Shown here piece after piece: positions 1 through 7,417 of a stretch of 64,000 nt of DNA (position 1 is the stretch's first letter; each line of letters opens with the position of its first letter). The notes under the pieces were generated by a model that ran no database searches, was not told where the DNA came from, and saw only the letters and a program-made list of their open reading frames with translations. The translations under genes and the position numbers were made by a program. The DNA is from a virus: positions 1-64,000 of the IMG/VR virus record IMGVR_UViG_3300036832_000548; one strand, given 5' to 3'.

Positions 1-62
1 CTCGAAAGTTTATAAACTTACCAGCGCAACAAAAAATACACCTAATAAAGGACTGAAAAATA

Positions 63-1682
63 ATGGGATTGCGAGGAATTGGAGCGAGGCCGTTATCGGC
101 GCGTTCGCATCCATTAGATCCAAAGGTCAAGGCGGCGAACAAGCGTTTGCCGTGGATGAAGAAGACGTTGACGACGCGGTCAAGTCGGGTGATTGCGTTT
201 TGTCAGGACTTGACGGTGACGAGCGGCCCGGACGCTGGCAAGAAGCTGGTGTTGAGGCCGTGGCAGAAGGCGTTCATCGAGGATGTTTATCGAGTTGACG
301 CTGATGGCATCAGGCCTGTGCGGACGGCGGTGCTGTCGATGGGGCGCAAGAACGGGAAGACGCAGCTCGCGGCGGCGTTAGCGTTGTGCCACTTGTGTGG
401 ACCGGAGGCAGAGAGCCGGGGCGAGATCTATAGCTGCGCCAACGACCGCTTTCAGGCGGGAAAAATTTTTAACGAAATGGTAGCCCTGGTCGACAAGCAT
501 CCGTACTTGCGTGAGCGCACCAACATTGTGAATTTCCGCAAGGACATTGTTGATATGGAGACGGGGTCGATCTATTCGGCGCTGTCTTCTGAGGCACGGA
601 CCAAGATGGGATTGAATCCATCTTTCTGTTGCTATGACGAGCTTGGGCAGGCGGGTGATCGTGAGCTCTATGATGCGATGGATAGCGCGATGGGCGGTCG
701 CAAGGAGCCGCTGCTGCTGGTGATCTCGACGCAGGCGGCGGATGATTTTGCGCCGATGTCGCAGCTCATCGATTATGGGATCAAGGTCAATGCCAAGGAC
801 ATTATTGATCCGGCGTTTCATCTGACGCTGTTTCGGGCACCGGAGGATGCGGACCCGTGGGCGCTGCAGACATGGAAGGCGGCGAACCCGGCGCTGAACG
901 ATTTTCGGTCGCTGTCGGATCTGGAGCGGCAGGCGAAGCAGGCGCAGCGGATGCCGGCGCAAGAGAGTTCGTTCCGCAATCTGATTTTGAACCAGCGCGT
1001 GAGCGCGCACACCAAGTTCATCGAGCGCAGCGAGTGGAACGCCTGTGATGGCGAGCCTGACATTCCGATTGGGGTACCGGTGTATGCGGGGCTCGATCTG
1101 GGGGCCACGCGCGACATGAGCGCGCTGGTGATCGTGCATCAGGATTTCAACAACGTCTTTCATGTCGTCCCGTACTTTTGGCTTCCCGGTGATGTGCGGG
1201 ATCGAACCGACAAGGACAAGGCGCCGTATGAGAGCTGGGTGCGGCAAGGTTCAGTGATATCGTCGGGAGCGACGACGGACCCTGCGGTGATCGCGCACAA
1301 GATTGCGGAGATCAACGGTCAGAACAAGATCCAGACGCTGGCGTTCGACCGCTGGCGGATCAACGATCTCAAGCGCGAGCTGGACGCCATCGGGTGCTAT
1401 GTGCAGCTCGTCCCCCACGGCCAAGGGTTCAAAGATATGTCCCCGGCTGTGGACGTGCTCGAGCGGCTGGTGGTGCAGCGCCGGATCAGGCATGGGGGTA
1501 ATAAGCCGCTGGCGATGTGCGTGGCCAATGCGACGATCTCGCGCGATCCTACTGGCGGTCGCAAGCTGGACAAAGCGAAGAGCACGGGGCGGATCGACGG
1601 GATCGTGGCGCTCGCGATGGCGTTTTCGCTGGCGCTGATCAAGAGCGAGCGACCCATAGACGTGGAAGCTTTGATTGGGTGA
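63..1682 (+). CDS. terL: Terminase large subunit
   Basis: PWQ motif, Walker A MGRKNGKT, Walker B CYDELG, coupling motif VISTQ, nuclease GLDLG and C-terminal RIDGIVALAMA. Confidence 0.95.
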   Translation: MGLRGIGARPLSARSHPLDPKVKAANKRLPWMKKTLTTRSSRVIAFCQDLTVTSGPDAGKKLVLRPWQKAFIEDVYRVDADGIRPVRTAVLSMGRKNGKTQLAAALALCHLCGPEAESRGEIYSCANDRFQAGKIFNEMVALVDKHPYLRERTNIVNFRKDIVDMETGSIYSALSSEARTKMGLNPSFCCYDELGQAGDRELYDAMDSAMGGRKEPLLLVISTQAADDFAPMSQLIDYGIKVNAKDIIDPAFHLTLFRAPEDADPWALQTWKAANPALNDFRSLSDLERQAKQAQRMPAQESSFRNLILNQRVSAHTKFIERSEWNACDGEPDIPIGVPVYAGLDLGATRDMSALVIVHQDFNNVFHVVPYFWLPGDVRDRTDKDKAPYESWVRQGSVISSGATTDPAVIAHKIAEINGQNKIQTLAFDRWRINDLKRELDAIGCYVQLVPHGQGFKDMSPAVDVLERLVVQRRIRHGGNKPLAMCVANATISRDPTGGRKLDKAKSTGRIDGIVALAMAFSLALIKSERPIDVEALIG

Positions 1683-1689
1683 GAGTGAC

Positions 1690-2226
1690 ATGAGCCTCGC
1701 CTTGCGGGCGCGGCCTGATTTGCCCCGGCCAGGGTGCCGGGTGCGGCTTGTGTGCGGACCACCAGCAGCGGGCAAGTCGACACACGTTGCGCAGCATGCG
1801 AGCGCCAACGACGTGGTGATCGACGTTGATGCCATTGCGCAGGAACGCGGGCTTGGCAGGGATCGACCAGCTGCAGCGATTGGAGATCTGCTGGACGAGC
1901 GCAACGCGCGGCTTGCCGCACTGGCAGACGAGCCCAGCACAAGAACGGCTTGGGTGATTCTCACCGCGCCGTCGCCAGCGTTGCGGGCTTGGTGGTGTGA
2001 AACGCTTGGCGTGGCCCCGGACGACATGGTGCTGCTGCTGCCAAGCCGGGAAGAGTTGCAGCGGCGCATCATCGCGGACCCGGACCGGCGCTACGTCACG
2101 GGGTTGTATCTCGACCTGGTCGCGCAATGGTTTGCGCGCGAGCGGGCAAATGATCCCGGCATCTTGCGTCCCGGTTGGGACGAGAGCGGCATCCCGCTCG
2201 ATCCGTTGCATCCTTGGAACCGCTAA
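1690..2226 (+). CDS. Small P-loop (AAA_33/kinase-like) protein
   Basis: Walker A VCGPPAAGKST, VIDVDAI, C-terminal GIPLDPLHPWN; ATG at 1690 chosen. Confidence 0.7.
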   Translation: MSLALRARPDLPRPGCRVRLVCGPPAAGKSTHVAQHASANDVVIDVDAIAQERGLGRDRPAAAIGDLLDERNARLAALADEPSTRTAWVILTAPSPALRAWWCETLGVAPDDMVLLLPSREELQRRIIADPDRRYVTGLYLDLVAQWFARERANDPGILRPGWDESGIPLDPLHPWNR

Positions 2227-2239
2227 AGGAACCCTGACC

Positions 2240-3310
2240 ATGCTCGACAAAGTCAGCGAGCGCACGGCCCCAACCTTCACGCCGCGGCGTGATCCGCCGC
2301 CTCCGGGCAATCTGCTGTGCCGCTACATCACGGCGCATGCCAAGGCGTTCGTGGCGCGGATGCCGCCTGAAGAGGTGGCGCGCGATTGGTGGCCTGACGA
2401 TCCCATGGTCGCGACCTTACTGCGCGCGGCCTCGACCCCGGCGCAGGTCGGGCAAGCCGGATGGGCGGCAGAGCTGGCGCGCCGCATCGTCAACGATACG
2501 CTCGAGGTGCTGGCCCCGGCCTCAGCATCAGCCGCAGTGTTCCAGAGATCGCCGCAGCTCTCTTGGGGCAACGAGGCGATCATTTCCGTGCCGGGATTTG
2601 CCGCTGGCACGTCAGGCAAGACCAGTGTGTTCGTGGCAGAACGCCAGCCGATTCCGGTCTATCAGCCGCTGGTATCGGCGGCGCAGCTGCTCCCGTACAA
2701 GCTCGCGGGCATCATGGTGGCGACCCGCGAGGTGATCGAAGGCAGCAACGCAGAGTCGCTGATCGAGGATCTCATACGGCAATCGTTCGGACGCGCGCTG
2801 GACGAGGTTTTGATCGACGCCAATCCCGCAGCGGCCAATCGGCCTGCAGGCCTGCGCAATGGCGTGGTGGCACTCACGGCGACCACCGGCGCGGATGCGT
2901 GGGGCAATTTTATCGCGGACGTGAGCAAGCTCGCGGACGCCGTCTCCCCGGTGTCGGGCAATGCCCCGCTGGTCTTCATCGGCTCCGCTGGCCGCAAGAT
3001 GCGCGCCAACATTCTGGGCCTTGACGACCTCGATGACGCAGAGGTGTTCGGATCGAACGCGGTGATCAACGATTTCATGTGCATCGCCACGGCGGCGTTG
3101 GTGTCGGCGGTCGGCGTCCCGGAGGTCGAGGTCCAGAAAGTCGGCACGCTGACCATGGACGACGCGCCTGCAGCTGACCCGACAACGCCTGTCGGGACCT
3201 ACAAATCGCTGTGGCAGACCGACTCGTTCGGCATCAAAGTGCGCTGGCCGTTGAGCTGGGCAATGCGCGATTCGCGCGGCTTTGCGTGGCTGACCCCAAC
3301 AGGATGGTGA
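2240..3310 (+). CDS. HK97-fold capsid protein paralogue (no protease domain)
   Basis: Aligns by eye with the C-terminal half of 7418..9694 (RPAGLRNG/RPAGILNG, SLWQTDS/SLFQTDS); AAGGA upstream of ATG 2240. Confidence 0.85.
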   Translation: MLDKVSERTAPTFTPRRDPPPPGNLLCRYITAHAKAFVARMPPEEVARDWWPDDPMVATLLRAASTPAQVGQAGWAAELARRIVNDTLEVLAPASASAAVFQRSPQLSWGNEAIISVPGFAAGTSGKTSVFVAERQPIPVYQPLVSAAQLLPYKLAGIMVATREVIEGSNAESLIEDLIRQSFGRALDEVLIDANPAAANRPAGLRNGVVALTATTGADAWGNFIADVSKLADAVSPVSGNAPLVFIGSAGRKMRANILGLDDLDDAEVFGSNAVINDFMCIATAALVSAVGVPEVEVQKVGTLTMDDAPAADPTTPVGTYKSLWQTDSFGIKVRWPLSWAMRDSRGFAWLTPTGW

Positions 3311-3314
3311 CGAC

Positions 3315-4523
3315 GTGCTGCGCAAGCCCGTCATGAAGGCTGCAGAGTTCGGCGGGTTCGAACCACTCGACCTCGCGCCGGTGATCGTGTGCGAGCACAC
3401 GCAGACCGGCTGGCGCGGCCTGACCAAGGACGGCGAGATCCTCAACGTCAGCGGACACGTCAACGGATCGCAGCTCGACATTCCGCCCAATCTGGCGATC
3501 ACCCGTGGCGGCAACATCATCGGCTATCACGCGATCGACGTTGAACCCCACGACGGCGTCATCGCGGACTATCTTGAGCACCTCAACGCCGCGACCGCCT
3601 TGGTGCGCGACAACGACGCTCTGCAGGCCTTGAAGGAAATCGATTGCGCGCTGACCTGCGCCGCGACCGTGCTCGCCCGCTACAACCGCGCCATGATCCT
3701 GCTGCAGCTGGGCCGCTGGGACGAAGGTTTTGCGGAGTGGGCGGACTGCGAACAGACCTCGCCACTGTTCCGCCGCCCGCAATACGTCAAGGCCATCGAG
3801 CACGGACTCCAACCATGGCGCGGCGAGGAGATCGCCGGTAAGAAGCTGTTGCTGATCCACGACCACGGTTTTGGCGACACCATCATGATGCTGCGGCTCG
3901 TCCCGCTGCTCAACCTGATGGGCGCAGAGGTCGTGCTGCAGCTGCCGCAGGAGCTGGAGCGCCTCGCCGCGCAAGTCGCGCCGGTCACTCGCGACCTAGT
4001 CGATGCGGATTTTGTGTGCTCGATCCTGATGCTGCTGGCACAGCCGCAGCTAGGCGACACCAAAAAGATCATGGCCAGCGCGCCCTACCTGCAGGTCGAC
4101 ACTGGGCTGCAGAACAAATGGCTTGAGCGGCTGGGCTCGCATCACCGGCGCATCGGCATCGCTTGGTCAGTAGGTGTCGACCACAAGGACGATTTTCCGC
4201 GCACCATCCCGGTCGCGTATCTGGCGCAGGAATTGGCGCGCGACGGCGAGCTGATCACCGTGCAACAGCCGCTAACCGGCGAACGGTTCGAGGATTTTGC
4301 GGATTGCGCCGCGCTGATGAGCCTGCTGGACGAGATCGTCACGGTCGACACCGCCGCCGTGCATCTCGCCGGCGCGATCGGCCACCCGCGCATCACCCTG
4401 CTGCTGTCGCACTGGTCGAGCTGGCGCTGGCGCTTGCCGCTCTATCGCAACCTGCACATCTGCCAGCAGGAAACCGCGGGCGATTGGGCCAGCGCGCTCG
4501 CCGCCCGCAAAGCCGCGCCATGA
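3315..4523 (+). CDS. TPR-containing GT-B (family 9-like) glycosyltransferase
   Basis: TPR-like YNRAMILLQLGRWDEGF; WRGE..GKKLLL..HGFGDTI; DFADCAAL..LDEIVTVDTAAVHLAGAIG; WRW. Confidence 0.8.
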   Translation: MLRKPVMKAAEFGGFEPLDLAPVIVCEHTQTGWRGLTKDGEILNVSGHVNGSQLDIPPNLAITRGGNIIGYHAIDVEPHDGVIADYLEHLNAATALVRDNDALQALKEIDCALTCAATVLARYNRAMILLQLGRWDEGFAEWADCEQTSPLFRRPQYVKAIEHGLQPWRGEEIAGKKLLLIHDHGFGDTIMMLRLVPLLNLMGAEVVLQLPQELERLAAQVAPVTRDLVDADFVCSILMLLAQPQLGDTKKIMASAPYLQVDTGLQNKWLERLGSHHRRIGIAWSVGVDHKDDFPRTIPVAYLAQELARDGELITVQQPLTGERFEDFADCAALMSLLDEIVTVDTAAVHLAGAIGHPRITLLLSHWSSWRWRLPLYRNLHICQQETAGDWASALAARKAAP

Positions 4524-5119
4524 TGTTGCTGCCGACTATTCCCATCAGCAATCTGCCGGTCGGACCCATGCCGGTCGATTGGCAGGATCTGCCGCCGACC
4601 TATCTGAATTTTGGCGAGTTGGAGATCATCGTTGCGCTACTGCGAGCTGCGGCACGCCAGGACATCATCGTTGAAATCGGGCTGGCTGAGGGCCGCACCG
4701 CCAAGGCGATCTTAAGGGAATTGCCGCATGTGCAGAAATATATCGGCATCGATACCAGTGATGCGGGGTATCAGCCCAAACTGCGCAGCCAATGGACTGA
4801 ACGCTCGCCGTCGCCGGGATATCTCGCGCTCAACGAACCGCGCTTCGACCGCTGGCTGCTTCCACGCGGATCGCTCGACTTGACTGCTGACGACTTTCCG
4901 CCGGTTGATGCGGTGTTCATCGATGGCGATCATTCCTCAGAGGTCGTGCGCCATGACAGCGATCTCGCCCGCGCCATCGTGCGCGAAGGCGGCATCGTGA
5001 TCTGGCACGATGCTTCGAACGTGTCAGTCGAGGTGCATAGTGTGCTCACTCGTCTGGTAAACGAGGGTTGGCCAATCAATCAGATCGAAGGGACATGGTT
5101 GGCTTTTATGAAGGTCTAG
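4520..5119 (+). CDS. Class I SAM-dependent methyltransferase (Methyltransf_24-like)
   Basis: VEIGLAEGRT, YIGID, DAVFIDGDHS, GGIVIWHD; ATGA overlap with upstream gene. Confidence 0.85.
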   Translation: MMLLPTIPISNLPVGPMPVDWQDLPPTYLNFGELEIIVALLRAAARQDIIVEIGLAEGRTAKAILRELPHVQKYIGIDTSDAGYQPKLRSQWTERSPSPGYLALNEPRFDRWLLPRGSLDLTADDFPPVDAVFIDGDHSSEVVRHDSDLARAIVREGGIVIWHDASNVSVEVHSVLTRLVNEGWPINQIEGTWLAFMKV

Positions 5120-5585
5120 CAAATTCGCCGTGCAGTTCCTGAGCGGCATCTCGATACGCGGCAAATGCTTCAGCTTTAGTTTTGAAACGGCCCAGATGAA
5201 TAAAATGCCCGTTGACTGATATTGTTGCTCGCCATGGTCGCTGTTTGATCGCTGCTGAATATGAAACGCCTTTAAATCCGCTAGCGTTGTTTTTATTTTT
5301 CGGACGGTTCTGTTGGTTCTGTGATCGTGTTGAAAGACGGAGATTCGTGAAGCGATTATCCGTGCCCTTGCCGTTGCGATGATCAATCCATTCGGACGGC
5401 ATTGTGCCTGTCATCCACAGCCATGCGATACGATGCACGTAATAAGTTTTGTCAGCAACACGAACGACCAAATAGCCGTTTGTGAGCGTCCCTACTTTCT
5501 TGCCCGTAGTTCTGCGTTTGAGAAGGCCCGTATGCGGATCGTACACAAACAACTTTCGCACCCGAGACGATGTGAGCTTGGACAT
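5106..5585 (-). CDS. HNH homing endonuclease with AP2 domain
   Basis: HRIAW..IDHRNGKGTDNRFTNLR; SGFKGV..WRATI..LGRF..AYRDAAQELHGEFAR. Confidence 0.92.
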   Translation of the reverse strand: MSKLTSSRVRKLFVYDPHTGLLKRRTTGKKVGTLTNGYLVVRVADKTYYVHRIAWLWMTGTMPSEWIDHRNGKGTDNRFTNLRLSTRSQNQQNRPKNKNNASGFKGVSYSAAIKQRPWRATISVNGHFIHLGRFKTKAEAFAAYRDAAQELHGEFARPS

Positions 5586-5599
5586 AGCGAAAGCATAGC

Positions 5600-5695
5600 A
5601 TGAAATGGTGGGAGCGCCTGCTGATCGTGCTCGCCATCATGGGCGTGATGATCATCGCGCTCATCATCCTGTTGAGCTTCCCAACTCCACTGTGA
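5600..5695 (+). CDS. Small single-pass membrane peptide (31 aa)
   Basis: Hand-translated MKWWERLLIVLAIMGVMIIALIILLSFPTPL; fills an intergenic gap, below the ORF-track cutoff. Confidence 0.45.
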   Translation: MKWWERLLIVLAIMGVMIIALIILLSFPTPL

Positions 5696-5704
5696 GCAAA
5701 GATC

Positions 5705-6133
5705 GTGAGCACGCAGCACCCCACCGTGGAACTGATCGCCGGCGACGATTGGGAAATCGCCATCACGATGCTGGACGATGCGGGCAACCCGTTCGACCTC
5801 ACCGGCGCGACTATTTCATGGACGCTGATCGATGACGGCGGGCAACAGTTCATCGCACCGGACGAGGTGACCGTATCCGTCGCCACCGACCCCACGACCG
5901 GGGTCGCAACGGTCACCGTCCCCGGCACGGTCACCACCAGACTGAAGACATTCCTCTATCACGACGCCACGCGCATCGTCGTTGCAGGAGTAACCACAAC
6001 GATCTTGGTGGGCGACATCAAGGTCACCTCAGATCCGTTCGTGCCGCCCGTGCCGGTCTACAAGTTCACCAGCAAGGTGACAGGCGCGATGGGAGCGACT
6101 GAAGCTGCTGACACGGCTGATGTTGCAGCATAG
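5705..6133 (+). CDS. Putative virion beta-sandwich (BppU-N-like) protein with C-terminal ATEAAD motif
   Basis: GDDWEIAITMLDDAGNPFDLTGATISW pattern typical of phage structural adaptors; C-terminus GAMGATEAADTADVAA. Confidence 0.55.
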   Translation: MSTQHPTVELIAGDDWEIAITMLDDAGNPFDLTGATISWTLIDDGGQQFIAPDEVTVSVATDPTTGVATVTVPGTVTTRLKTFLYHDATRIVVAGVTTTILVGDIKVTSDPFVPPVPVYKFTSKVTGAMGATEAADTADVAA

Positions 6134-6144
6134 GACGCAGGTCC

Positions 6145-6909
6145 ATGCCCAGCGAAGACGTGCATGAGGTCGCGCAAGCGAATTTCGAGTTCTACAAGGT
6201 CGATGGTGACGTAGCCAGGGACCTTGGACACGACAAGCCGGTCAACGACATGAAGGACGCGGTGCGCGAGGTCGGCGCACACCCTGACCAAGTGCATAAC
6301 GTCGTGCAGCATGTGCTCGAGGCCGCAGACGAAAGCGGCAGCGCAACGAAGGCGCGAGAGGAATTTGATTTCAGCGGGCCGTTCGAAAAGCACCACGACG
6401 CCGCGCTCACCGTGCTGGAACAACACGAAGCAAAAAAACCAAAGGATTGGGGAGAGAGCAAAAAGTGGGAAGGCTGGCCCGATGACGTGACGATCAGTCA
6501 TGAGGCGACGAAGACCACTGTGACTATTAAGTCATTCGGAAGAGATCACAAATATACGGATGGGCAATTGCGTCAGGTGTTGGTGACTGATCTCTTCACA
6601 CCGGAAGAGTTTCGTGGAAAAGGCGGCGCTCATGCGGTAATGACGAAGGTTGAGACATTTTTGGACGTGCATAATCTGGTTGCAGTGCTTAATGCGCCGC
6701 CAGATGAAGAACGACCAGGTCTGCCTCAGCTTCATGCGCTTTATGCGCAGCATGGATTTTTCGCAGGCGCAAATAAACTTGAAATGATCAGATTACCCGG
6801 CGGGGTGAAGCCGACTGAAAAACCCAAGCCAAAAAAGGTTTTGATCCCGACGAGCCGCGCGATGAACAAGGCCGCTGGAGCGATGAGCGAGGCAACTAGC
6901 GAGGCCTAG
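6145..6909 (+). CDS. Hypothetical protein with GNAT-like C-terminal domain
   Basis: LFTPEEFRGKGGAHAVM resembles acetyl-CoA motif A; LHALYAQHGF resembles motif B. Confidence 0.55.
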   Translation: MPSEDVHEVAQANFEFYKVDGDVARDLGHDKPVNDMKDAVREVGAHPDQVHNVVQHVLEAADESGSATKAREEFDFSGPFEKHHDAALTVLEQHEAKKPKDWGESKKWEGWPDDVTISHEATKTTVTIKSFGRDHKYTDGQLRQVLVTDLFTPEEFRGKGGAHAVMTKVETFLDVHNLVAVLNAPPDEERPGLPQLHALYAQHGFFAGANKLEMIRLPGGVKPTEKPKPKKVLIPTSRAMNKAAGAMSEATSEA

Positions 6910-7390
6910 CGAATTCACCGAAATGCGTGCGGGCTGCGACCATGTAGGCGGCGTGAGCTGCGCGCCGGGTTTTGAACCGACCGAGATTGATTGTTTTGTA
7001 ATTCACTTTGATGCGGGCGGCATAAAGGCCACGGGCTTTATCGAATGTCACACCTTTCGGAGTGGATTTCTGTTTCTTGCGCCATCGTTTGCTGTTCGCT
7101 CCGTTGGTCGAATAGTTGGCCTGACGCAAATTGCTCCAGCGGTCATCGGAAGGATTGCCATTCGTGTGATCGATCATACGGCGGGGCCAACGCCCAGTCA
7201 TGTGAACCCAAGCCAAGCGACCTGTCATGTGGATGACTTGGTCAAGGCAAATCTGCCGATGACCATCATGACGCAGAGTGCCAGCAATATCGCCAGCTCT
7301 GACGTGCCCCTGACGATTGACACGCCAAAAGAACAAACCGGATGCCGGATCGTAGTCGAGCAGTGCTCGCAATCGTTTCGCCGTTAGCAT
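6896..7390 (-). CDS. HNH homing endonuclease with AP2 domain
   Basis: MLTAKRLRALLDYDPASG; IDHTNGNPSDDRWSNLR; LGRF..AYMVAARTHFGEFAR; start trimmed to 7390. Confidence 0.9.
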   Translation of the reverse strand: MLTAKRLRALLDYDPASGLFFWRVNRQGHVRAGDIAGTLRHDGHRQICLDQVIHMTGRLAWVHMTGRWPRRMIDHTNGNPSDDRWSNLRQANYSTNGANSKRWRKKQKSTPKGVTFDKARGLYAARIKVNYKTINLGRFKTRRAAHAAYMVAARTHFGEFARPR

Positions 7391-7417
7391 CTCCGATCTC
7401 CCTTGCAGGAGGCCATT

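Noticed and set aside
378-1247. 289-aa minus-strand ORF and many similar antisense ORFs in the track
   Set aside because: They lie opposite well-supported genes in GC-rich DNA and have no motifs
1997-2239. N-terminal extensions in the track (1997, also 4163, 32074, 32906)
   Set aside because: They overlap upstream genes; downstream ATGs with SD or coupling fit better
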